45,008 bases of DNA from Lenisia limosa (GCA_001655205.1 LPNZ01009396.1:1-45008), one strand, 5' to 3'; counted from the first letter of the stretch, positions 1-10,872 are shown. Numbers and translations: made by a program. Notes: generated by a model not told the origin, from the letters alone.

Positions 1-3000
1 CCCCTACCCCCGAATCGTCGGTGCTTTCAACGTCGATATTACTGTCCACTGAGCCTTCGGATTTGACACATTCCAAAGCCGAGCCAGACCAGCCACTCTG
101 ATTCATGAAACTTTTGGATATGAAAAAAACTTTCTTCTACACAATGATATGTATCATATCATATAATAGTATATAACAGATTTATTCATTGTTTTTTTAT
201 ATTCAACAAATACGACCAACATTGGAGCATGTGATGATGGCCTCTCCAGCGCTCAGTTCGAAACCCTGGCTGCATTTGAGTTCGCATTTGTCGGATACGT
301 CGAAGGTTGGTCCTGCGCAGGCAACTTCATCCACGTTGCGAGAGGCCAGGTCTGGTTTAGTGCAGGTTCCTAGAGGCAATTAAATAAAAATATTGATAAC
401 TTCCTGGAATCTCGAAATATTTCATCAGAAACTGGCGTTCAAACCTTGTTCACAGGTCGGCAGAGTGGAGAAGGACGTTGATGCCAGGCACGTGATGGTG
501 GCGCTTCCGGCAGTCATGGTGTAGTTGGCCGCACACGACACTGTGCATGTCTGCGATATGAGGCTGGAATAATGTACAACACATGAGATGATAAAAGTCT
601 GCTCACATCGCCTTGGTAGTATGTAGGTGCTGTGCATGAAGAAACATCCACAGTCGTAGACGAAGGAACTGAACACTTGGGTACTGAACAAATTAGATGA
701 GATAATTACGCCCGTTTAGACAAGAACCTCTCATACAAGGAGTGCAAGTTGGCATGCCGGTGAAAGACGACGAAGATTGACACGTCATCACACCCGTGCT
801 CGCAACATAGCCGGGAGCACAGGACACTGAGCAGGTCTGTAGAAGTGAAAACAACGCCATAGAGTCACAATTTGGAAAACTAGTATTTTCCATTTCACAT
901 TCACCACAAACATCTCCTTCATAGTACTTGGGGGCAGTGCATGATGAGAAGTCCATGGAACTGGTTGAGGGCACCGTGCACTCAGTTACTAACCGGTGAA
1001 TATTAGTTGGGACACAATTATTTTGAAATGCAACAATAAAAATTGTAAAGATAAAATATTTGTTAATATTGTTGTTGATATCCCATTGTGTTTTCCCTCT
1101 ATTCGAAGCTGTTTTATCTTCCTCTCAGAACAAAAAAAAAGCAAGCCAGCTTACAAGGAGTGCAAGTTGGCATGCCGGTGAAAGACGACGAAGATTGACA
1201 CGTCATCATAGCCGTGCTCGCAACATAGCCGGGAACACAGGACACTGAGCAGGTCTGCAGAAGTGAAAACTTTGTGTTTGAACTATCCTGCTACAGCTTA
1301 TCATATGTCCTCACGTCGCCTTCGTAGTAAGATGAGGCGATACAGGCAGAGAAGTCCATGGACGATGTTGTTGGAACAGCACATTGAGACTCTGGAAAGA
1401 TCAGGTCCAGAACTTTATCAATGTGAGCCTACTTGGGATACAGGAAGGAACACCCGAGAACTGCCCGCTTGATTCGCATTTAATAGACGCTGACTCTGGC
1501 CGATAGTTGGCAGCACATGTCACGGTACAGGACTATTGCGTGAGATACAACACTGGTCTTACGTCTCCTTCATTGTACTTTGGCTTGGTGCATGCTGACG
1601 TCACGAACTTGGGATCCGTCGGCAGGGCACATGACGTAGCTGCCCATTAGTCGGCTCAACAAACACACTCGGATACAAAACAGTCCCACCTGGAGAGCAA
1701 GTGGGCAGGTTAATGAAAGTTCCGCTGCTGCATCGAGGTGTCAAAGAACCGGCAGTCAGAGTAAAGCTATCTTTACAGTACATGCGGCACTTCTACACGA
1801 GTTAGCATGGCGCTGCTAGCAAACCTCATTTTCAGCGTATTCAGTCTGGGTACAGAGGTTGTCGACATTGGCGGCTGTTGGCGGCGAGCATGGTGTTGCT
1901 GAGGAATGAGAAAGCCATTTAGCAAGTTTGTTATTCGACAATACCCCCAGTAACACTCCAGCAACAACATCCCACAATACCCCACAATACCCCAGTATTC
2001 CTCAGCAACATCCCAGCATCCCGACGCACTCGCGACGCACTGGAGGTTGCCGTCAAAAGTGCCGTCGGCCTGGCATCGGATACGCCGGCTTCCTTTGAAG
2101 TATCTAAAACCTGGCTTGCACTTGAGTTCGCAGGTCTAAGGTCATGATGCATTGAAGAACCCACTTGGTCGGTTGTATACGGCCCAGAGGTACAGAGCGA
2201 TTCAACACTGCTGTCGATCGTGGGAAGAGGGCATGTGACAGCTGCAACATCAGACTTTCAGGTACACTAACCTGATACGCACTCCAGGGCAGGCGTAAAG
2301 ACTCCATAGTTGCAGAAAATGGTCTCCAATCCCTTTGAACGGACAAAGCCAGGTTTACAGGAGACAGTACAGGACTATGAAGGAAGTGAGAATTCCAAGA
2401 CAGTCAGGCTACCTCATTAGGGTTGTAGTTGGGCCTGGTGCAGGTGTGGACAACATTGGCTGTAAACGCAGGTGGGGGGCAGAGCTCTGAACAAATGAAT
2501 ACATTACACATTGTCAGTAGTTGATATCATATGCTTTAAAGGCTCAGAAAAGCCCTTGCCCACTTGTTGCGTCAGACTCCACACAACCGGTTATAGAAGT
2601 CCACGTGTTGCTTGTTTGGCAGTATGTGATCTGAAAGATCAATATGCTGACACCAAAATTCGTGCTTACAGCGTTTTCCTTGGTTTTGTGGAAGCTGCTG
2701 TACGTGTAGCCCGGAATACACTCATAGTGACATTTCTATGAGTAAAGGTAAATGAAGGTTCAATGAATTATCTACTCACTTCATTGACTTCAAAAGTGGA
2801 CTTGGAGCACCCAACAAGCACCGAGTTGGCTGGCATTGTGGGGACTGTGCACGTTTCAGCTGCGGGGGAGGGGTAAGGCATCTACTCCATTACTATATAC
2901 TATATGATATTATATGGATACCATAAAGGTTCAGTAAATATTCGATATTCTACTTAATTTACCGAAGTCGCCACCCGTGACATACAAGTTGGAGTGCAAG

Positions 3001-6000
3001 AGGGGAGGCTAGTCAGTGAGCCTGATGAGCGACAGATCACCGACTGTTTTTGTCAAAAAGACCAAATTTGCTCTTTCGTACCTGTGAGTAGGGTCCACTG
3101 TACCCTGGTTCACACCACGCGGTGCAGCTCTAAAGCGTCAGGTAACGGACACGACTCTGGGTATCATGATACATATCGTAATCTCGTTCACTAAACAATG
3201 ATCCCCAATTTTACCTTGGAGGAAGTGATGGGAGTTGGGCAGTTATGGGCAACACCAGTAGGCCACACAGGGGTGGGGCATGTGGCTAAAACTTAAGCCC
3301 ACACCATTGAAACCAAAGACCCCCACCACCCCAAAAAAGACCAAATTTCTCAATCTCAATAAATCCTCGATTTCTTTGTCTGTACCACAGATAATAAAGC
3401 ATGAGTAAAGCAGAAACAACGCACCTGGTGGGGTCAAAGCTGAGCACGAGAATGTCGACATGGTTCCGTCATCCTTGCATACCGATGCAGCACTGCCTCC
3501 TGTCAAAGGACAACGTGCCCAGCATTTCTGGAGTAGTCAACATGATGAACGTTGAATAAACAGTGAGGTACTCATGAATACATAGAGTGACAATGAGATT
3601 TCCCAAGGAAAAATCGGTCAAGAGTTATCCCGGTCAGTGTACATGACCAATAGAAACAAAGGGAGGTGGACATGATAAAAAAATAGGAGGGTCTTTTCGA
3701 CACGCCTCAGCAAGATTAAAGCTACCTGACATGATTATTATTAACGTCAACACCCTCGTACTGTTCCCGGAGTCACAATCGGTGGACAGATCCATTCATA
3801 AGCAGGGTAGGCCGAGGGGTCACAGGTGACTACATGTAAGCAAATGAGAGCACTGCTTACCAGCTGGAGTGGGCTGACAAGTTGCCGACAAACTGGTTCC
3901 GTCACAGAGTCCAACCTCCATAAGTTAGAGTGGCTATCAATTGGGACCCCCCCCCCCAAGCTCACCTGGCCTGAGGGGCATGTTTTGTAGGAGCTGGCCC
4001 CGGCCAAGTTAGCCTCTCGGTTCGGACAAATCGCCGTTCTGAGGTTCAAGGTATGATAACTAAGCATTCCAAACACCGCCCCAGTCATAGGATGGACAAT
4101 AATCAATAACAGAACTTGGATAGGAAACAAGAGGATATGACCTTCCGCTTCAGCCACAGCCACTTTATGGTTGATCTTGTTGGTTTCAAACATGTATCAC
4201 TTACAGCTTAGGACTTCCGTTCTGCTCCTACCCTAAACAAACCTTCCGTTACATACAGCGGCAAACACACAGTCGCCGTTCGACTTACTGCATTCAGTAC
4301 CCTGGGGTGTTAAAAGCATGTTAACATGACAAGCTGCCAACGTAGGGGAGGAGTTTGCAGTCTGAGCCGCAGCAAGAGTGCCCGTCACATTCTTCGCCGT
4401 CTTCGATTTTGTTGTTTCCACAGATGGATTGACCTGAGGGGTCAGGTCACAATACGGAACTTACCACTTGGGGCAACTCTAATGATCCAATCGCCAATTT
4501 GTCCGAAATCACCCTAAACAATAAGGCTTACACTCAACTCACATCTGGCATAGGGGAGTTTACAGCGAGCGCTTGGAGACTAAACACATCGATGGCGATT
4601 CCCTAAAGTTCATAAGACACAGGCTCCAATATTAATGTCGAAAGAGGCAACACACGCATACAGCAGGGNNNNNNNNNNNNNNNNNNNNNNNNNNNNNNNN
4701 NNNNNNNNNNNNNNNNNNNNNNNNNNNGCATTGGACTTTCACGAGGGACACAAGGTTGTAGTTGTTGTGGGCCGGGCCTACTCCCTCCCTCAAAGCAATC
4801 AAACCATTTGAAGTAGTCACTCCCGAGTCTTTCAAGGTGTAGCCCTTCTCTGTGTCAGTTGGAGAATGGATTCAGTTAATACGCCAACTCTTTTGGGCAT
4901 CGGGCATGGTCAGAATTTGGTATGGGCAGTTTGAAACAGGGCTGCCTGTCATATCCTCAACTCGAACACTTGCCTAGGGGTTAGTGCTATGATGCAAGTG
5001 GTGGGCCCACTGAATATGGATCGAAACCCATATGTGTGTTGGCTATGGTTGGGCTGGCTAGATCAAGAACACTGAGGTCATAATAAAAATAATAATAATT
5101 ATTGTCATCATGCAGCTCAATCATTCCATCATACGTGCTCATGATTTTCACTGACATTGGGCAGAATTCAGCTTGGTAGGGGGTGTCAGCACCTGTAGCG
5201 TGAAATCCATCGTAAATCTTGGTTTAGGGCTTATCTTCAATCCAAAAAAAAAAAAAAGACAAAATATGTGTGAATTTCCAAATTTCAGTTTGGCTACCCC
5301 GCCCAAGGCCACACCTTTCATAGGGTCGCGACCGTTCACAAAGTGGGCCCTCTAAAAAGTCAGCAATTCAGATCCGGACATACGCCATAAACGGGTCCGG
5401 CCTGGTTGTTGCCGTATTGGAGCTCAAGATTGGGGGGAAACACCACGTCAGACGTGTCATAGAGTCCCATCAAGTTATAATACTAAAGGAGTGAGACGGC
5501 GATACTGGACGTACCTCTCCCATTCCAAGTTCGAGAAGATGACCAAACTCGTGGGTAATTGTAGTGATCTGGAAAAGGTAACGGAGAAGGTCAAGGGCAA
5601 ACCTGTCTTGAAATTCCGTCATCAAACGCTGGGTGTTCATGGTCAACTGCTTGGTCCATATCGTGAATCTAACACATAAGAATCAAAGGCTGATAACAAA
5701 ACATTTCACCCTCCTCCCCACAGCAATCCATTTCATGTTGCCGCACCAATTCACATTCTCTGCAAAGTAAACATATGAAAAAAAAGCTGGATGGAGGTCC
5801 ATGTTAAAAGATAAAACAAAAGCGTCTCCATTAAAGCCCATCAAATGGTTTTTAGAGTACCCCATCACCAGGGTAAATGCGGCAATATCCGTTTCCTCCG
5901 TTAGAGAATGTGTATGAGGTCTCATGCTTCAAGAGAATTCCCAGTCCTACTGTGTTAGCCCCCAAAAATTGCTCATATTAACAAACATAAAACACACTTA

Positions 6001-6874
6001 CCAAAACCAGCAGATAGATCGGAGCAACTTCCTCCCTAAAGAGTCAGATAGATATTAGGGGATAGGAGTCTGTCAACAAAATAGCGGAATAATAGCAAAC
6101 GCTCATAATTGAGGGAACTTCAATGACATTATTCGGGTCGTAGGTTAGCTGCAGGTCCATGCCACTGTTCTTGAATGCCATTTCAATGAACGGGATGTAC
6201 TTTGCAAGGCGGATTCGAACCTAAAAGCACAATAAAGGGCGGCTTTTTGACAAAAACCAAATGCTTTTCATACAACGTGTGGTGTTTTGGAATAACAAAA
6301 TGTTATTTCAATGATAGAATAATTTAAAAGAGCACATTGACATGGAAGAAGTCCAATACACAAATAATAAGAATAGTAGAAAAACAGAACAGATAAACGC
6401 AGAACCTCCCCCACTTCAGCAAGACCACCAGTGGCAGCAACAAGACCTGGCTCGATTTTGGCGTGAAATGGGTGGAGCCATGCTGCCTCCTGAGGGGTTA
6501 CGCATCTCTACATGTGGCAGCGTAGAAAGAGGTGTAGGGGGTAAACGAATGGTGGAATAGGTCATGTTGAGCAGTGCTGCGCGATTCAAGACACATCTGT
6601 TTGTTTCCTTTCAGAGTTGTCTGCCAGCATTCCTTTAAATAAAGAACATGAAGCTAAGATGATAAATTAGCGTATTCGAACAATTGAGGTACATATTTAA
6701 GCATTCCATGTTGCCTCTCGTTGTGTGAAAAGGGATAATGACGGAAGTACCATGGCAGGGAAGGCGGGGGGATAAAATCTTTCGGTCCAACCCACTTACA
6801 ATGTGGCTACAGAAGAATGCTAAACTTAAATAGAGGGCGACAGAGAACCAGGAGCCCGACATCGTGCTGAGCAT
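1..6874 (-). CDS. Large multi-exon secreted/surface protein: signal peptide + HExxH zincin-like domain + linker + disintegrin domain + about 11 sushi/CCP-like repeats (ADAM-like; 3' end beyond the window start)
   Basis: Hydrophobic N-terminus MLSTMSGSWFSVALYLSLAFFCSHI at 6874. Exon 5568-5515 reads ITTITHEFGHLLELGMGE and splices across a 32-nt GT-AG intron to YYNLMG. Exons 4433-4342 and 4301-4243 read GQSICGNNKIEDGEECDGHSCCGSDCKLLPY / GTECSKSNGDCVFAAVCNG. Repeated Cys-rich exon pairs follow, e.g. CAVPTTSSMDFSACIASSYYEGD / TCSVSCVPGYVASTAMMTCQSSSSFTGMPTCTP. The exons I checked join in frame; the first 2-3 junctions and the gap at 4669-4727 are unresolved. Confidence 0.7.
734..1270. repeat. Near-identical 119-bp direct repeat (734-852 and 1152-1270) covering one CCP exon plus about 15 nt of intron
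   Basis: Direct alignment shows 4 mismatches in 119 nt; the rest of the flanking introns do not align. Confidence 0.95.
3591..3641. mobile_element. Degraded partial copy of the 78-bp Tc1/mariner-type MITE, inside an intron
   Basis: caatgagatttcccaaggaaaaatcggtcaagagttatcccggtcagtgta aligns to 24666-24715 with about 7 differences in 51 nt. A CAGTGA at 3561 lies where the left end would be expected. Confidence 0.75.
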
Positions 6875-7166
6875 TCACCCGACGGATGATTTGTTAGGCA
6901 ACTTCAACCCGTTTCAGCGGCGTAAAGCGCCTTATTTCTACTACTACCTGCTACTCTGCACAAATAACTTAGTAGTAAGTTATACCATGGGTAGTATAAG
7001 GAAGACCCAGTTTTACAGTTTATCAAGGCTTGACGCATGACGCATTTTTATGAATGCGCGTCACGCAGACGTTGTAGTGTTCTCACCAGCAGCGACAAAC
7101 AAAGTTATGGCGACGGGAGGAGCTGTTAGTCGGTATTGCATGTATTGAGTCTGTCGGAGCAAGGGT

Positions 7167-7410
7167 CACTCCCAAAATGTGTTCACCACCGCCACTATAG
7201 AAAACACGAAAACCGTACACCGCCACTGTTTTTCGGAACCCTTGGATTGTTGCTATTTTGGGTATTATTTTGTTTCTGGGATAGGAAGATATGGACAAAA
7301 TACGCCAAAAATACGCTGCACACCATACACCGCCACTGAAAATACGGTGTACACCGTACACCGCCACTTTTATCAACCACCAGAGTGGTGTTGAACATAT
7401 TTTGGTAGTG
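7167..7410. mobile_element. 244-bp non-autonomous CACTA/En-Spm-like element (intergenic)
   Basis: 24-bp imperfect terminal inverted repeats, CACTCCCAAAATGTGTTCACCACC vs CACTACCAAAATATGTTCAACACC (21/24). Four internal direct repeats CACCGCCACT at 7187, 7218, 7328 and 7359, and three AAAATACG. No matching 3-bp target-site duplication is seen. Confidence 0.6.
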
Positions 7411-7594
7411 ATCCCCCTTTGTATCGGAGTCCATCGCTCCAACCTTGCTCGTAACTCATCTCCACGACATACAAACAAAAAACACAAGACGACACTCTGA
7501 CTCAACTGAGTTGCAACTGAGGGAAACTGTTCCAAAGAATCAATCATACATTCTACCATTGGATTTACTATACAACTACTAACTACAACATTTC

Positions 7595-10500
7595 TTAAAC
7601 CTGATTTTTGTCTTCCTCTTTCTCCTCCTCCATCTTCTCTTCTTCAACCTTCTTCTCTTCAACCTTCTCTTCTTCAACCTTCTCTTCTTCAACTTTCTCG
7701 CCTTCCTCTTCCACCTTCTCCTCTTCCTCTTCCGCCAGCACGGTGACGTCATCACTCCTGTCATCTACCATAGTCGCTATCTCACCCATTTCTTCTGAGT
7801 CGTCATGAGGAACCACCTACGTAGTAAACCTCATAGTCTGCTGAAAATAACGAACTCTTTAAGCAAAACACTAATGCACCCTCCCACAGGAACTTCGGTT
7901 TCTTTCAACTGTCCCTTTCCTTCCTCCAGTCCCTCTTCCTTCTTGGCTGCTGCGTCTTGGTCAAGTTTGGCCTCCACACGCTTCTTGGACACCAGAGCAA
8001 AGTACAGAATGCCTGTATGTGAGAATCTGAAATGGGCTGAAAAACTAACCTAGTGCGTAGGCAGCAAGGAGAAGATACAGGGCAATGAAGTTGTCACTAA
8101 AAAGGTCAGGATAATATCCAGAAAATTATTTTATAATTGTTTTCGCCGGAAAAGATCCATTCGAATTGAGTTAAGAAAACGGAATCTAACTATCCCATTG
8201 TGAATATGATAGCCCTGGTGAGATAACTGCGGCATTACAAGACAAATTACAGCCCTTACCTGTCCCAGAAGACCATGTAGAAGAATGTGATGAACGAAAT
8301 TACGAAGGCAACCACGGCTCCAGCGTTACCAAATGGCGACCTATGTGATAAACAACAGGTCTTTATTTGTATAAACCATAATGAATGAATAAAAATAGCT
8401 TCGTTTGCAGAGGAGCTTCTGCATCCGCCTTCCCACCAATAAGGTCGGTCCATAGTCTTGTGATTCCTTCTAAGCTCAATGAAAGCGACAGTTTCGATCA
8501 TGTAGGCAATGAGCGTCACAAACACTGACAGGGATACCAGTGTATCAACGGACTACAGCGCAAATAAAAAGGGGTTACAATATGATACTTACGTCAGAAA
8601 TGTCACCCATTGTGAATGCTCCGAAGCAAACAACAAATCCAAATCCAGCTCCTGTATTGTGAGTTTTTTCCAAGCCGGTATGACAAACCAAGTAAAAGGG
8701 CCATGTAAGGGGTCTTGTTTTTGGCATGCAGACGACCAAAGAGCTAAAAGATCACTGCAAAAACACAAAGGCAGGCTATCCTTCAATCCTAAAAAAGTTT
8801 GACAAATTCGATCGAATTCCTCTGTCCTGTTTAGCCCCTTCAAATAATTTGATTGTGGGTATTTTGTTTCATAAATTTTTCACCACTCCCCTCTCACTTC
8901 AGGGAAAGCACCAGCCTTAGAGAGAGCATAAAGCTGAGAACCGTAGGCGTACCTAAGGGATAACGTTTGGCCAACATGCTACTCCACACAATACCCCAAT
9001 AACTTACATAATTGCATGGAAACTAGTAGCCATTCCTAAAAGTGTCACCAGATGAAATAACAATGCGAGACCTGAAAGACACGCATTGAGAATAGTAACC
9101 CAAATGACACACCGATGAGAGCGATGATTGGGAAGATGTCGCCGATACCAGAACCCATGATGGTGGTGAAGGCTTCCAGAAGTGGCTCTCCACTGTCCTA
9201 CTTCGTCAACTCACAAATCTTCAGATATCTTACAAAGCCTTTTTGCGTTTTATTTTTTATCCACCCATTCATAAAGGTCCAAGCCCCCCACTCTAAGCCC
9301 AACAGCTCCTGGAGCAATACCAGTATTTGTGAAGGCCGTCAAAAAGGCGCAAACTGGCTAGTTAGAACAACACAAAGCATAAGACATTCCTTTTGCACGA
9401 ACTCGTACCAGTGAGAGTGGCCAAGGAAACGACAATAGCCTTTGGAACGTTGCGCGTGGCGTCGGGACAATCTTCGGCTGCAATCGGCAGCTCGTCAACA
9501 GCAAGGAAGAACCAGGCAGCAAAGGGGATGGCGGCAATAATACCCTCGTATCCCTNNNNNNNNNNNNNNNNNNNNNNNNNNNNNNNNNNNNNNNNNNNNN
9601 NNNNNNNNNNNNNNNNNNNNNNNNNNNNNNNNNNNNNNNNNNNNNNNNNNNNNNNNNNNNNNNNNNNNNNNNNNNNNNNNNNNNNNNNNNNNNNNNNNNN
9701 NNNNNNNNNNNNNNNNNNNNNNNNNNNNNNNNNNNNNNNNNNNNNNNNNNNNNNNNNNNNNNNNNNNNNNNNNNCTATCGAAGACCCCCTCCCCCCATAC
9801 CCGCCATCATGTAGCCGGATCCGAGCCACATGACTGCAAGGACTGAAATGGAGACAACAGTCACGAAGAATGAAAGGCCTGGTTCAGTGAGCTCAGAAGT
9901 TCTCCACCATCCACCATCATGTATAAAGGATATTGCCTATTACATACAGTGTTGAATGGGAAATACAAAGGTTGTATCGCGACGAAGCCGTCAAAATAAT
10001 GATTAAACATGCCACGCCTCATACCAAGACTGGCGCCTGCGCCTCTAATGTTAACTGTGAGGAACACGCAGTAGAAAATGAACCAGTAGAACGGCTGGAC
10101 CCAATTAGGGGTGTCAAGAAGCTGCTCCATGAAGCCTCCCATTCCCGTCACAATCGTGGCAGGTAAGATGACATATCTATTATGTGAGAAGCCAGATGAC
10201 ATATACGAAGCCGAGCCAGGCATACTCGAGAGCAACGGCAAGTCCGATAAGATAGCCGCCCCAGGGTCCAAAGGCTCTCAAAGCGAAGGCGTACACTCTA
10301 GTCGGTTAGACTGAACGGAGAAAGAGGACAAGCGTACCCCTCATCCGAAGGCATAGCTGCAGCCATTTCAGCCTGACAAAAGCACAGACCAATATAGAGC
10401 ATCACGACAATCACCATGGCAGCAATCATTCCTGGTCCATTAGAGTGTAACACGTGGCATCGAACAAGGAAGCCAACCCACCTCCGAAGCCTCCACGATC

Positions 10501-10872
10501 AAGACCAATGTTCCACCTGAGGAGTCAATAACCTGCATAACGGGCTGCATTGGAGACAAATAAAATAGTTCCATCTTCCAATTAACTTCTTCCCTTCAAA
10601 GAATAACCCTCCCTTGCAATTTGGGTGACCCTTACAAGTTCCGCTCACCCAAAGAAGTCTCCTGCGTGTGGTCAGAAAATAACTGGCAGACCGTGGACGC
10701 ATTAACAATAAAAAAAGGTGTACAAAAACGGTGAGGAAGAAGGAGGAGAGGCTTGGGGACACTGGAAACAAAGCCACCACATACCAGAAATAACAGCGCC
10801 AACTCCCAGACCCCAGAGCATCAACACTGGGAACCTGGCAATGCCAGAGGCAGCTGGAGGATTGTCTCCCAT
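7595..10872 (-). CDS. APC-superfamily amino acid/amine permease, ethanolamine permease (EAT)-like, with an acidic KVEEE tail
   Basis: Spliced N-terminus MGDNPPAASGIARFPVLMLWGLGVGAVISG|DFFG|WNIGLDRGGFG|GMIAAMVIVVMLYIGLCFCQAEMAAAMP. Further motifs are VYAFALRAFGPWGGYLIGLAVALE, AIPFAAWFFLAVDELPIAAEDCPDATRNVPKAI and SFHAIMYAYGSQLYALSKAG, which I recognise as typical of prokaryotic ethanolamine permeases. Confidence 0.85.
7608..7735 (-). repeat. Coding 15-bp minisatellite encoding KVEEE pentapeptide repeats
   Basis: The + strand has repeated ttctcttcttcaacc units, translating to EEEEEKVEEEGEKVEEEKVEEEKVEEKKVEEEKMEEEKEED. Confidence 0.9.

Larger units (their letters stand above)
60..3960 (-). repeat. 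Intragenic array of about 11 sushi/CCP-like modules, mostly two exons per module
   Basis: Recurring pattern C-x-x-P...C...(Y/F)x(E/Q)(G/N)(D/E) | xCxxxCxxGY...C...G.F...P.C.P with six Cys per unit. The repeats checked (1690-735) have phase-1 introns between units and a phase-0 intron inside each unit. Confidence 0.8.

Noticed and set aside
3243-3400. Hydrophobic stretch LVFFGVVGVFGFNGVG in the ORF track as a transmembrane end of a separate gene
   Set aside because: It is translated intron; the flanking exons splice in frame as CCP-like modules (ALTPP|ATCPTPVWP), so the gene continues.
6211-6221. GGTTCGAATCC on the - strand, a perfect tRNA T-loop/B-box
   Set aside because: It is an acceptor plus exon start (ttttag|GTT CGA ATC CGC, VRIRL), and no D-arm, anticodon arm or acceptor stem can be folded around it.
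7187-7368. Repeated CACCGCCACT units as a CRISPR-like array
   Set aside because: The repeats are only 10 nt, spacing is irregular (31, 110, 31), the context is eukaryotic with no cas genes, and subterminal transposon repeats explain them better.
7083-7559. 158-aa ORF and overlapping ORFs across the intergenic element
   Set aside because: No recognisable domain; the ORFs occur in several frames on both strands over a repeat element and look like chance open frames, not a transposase.
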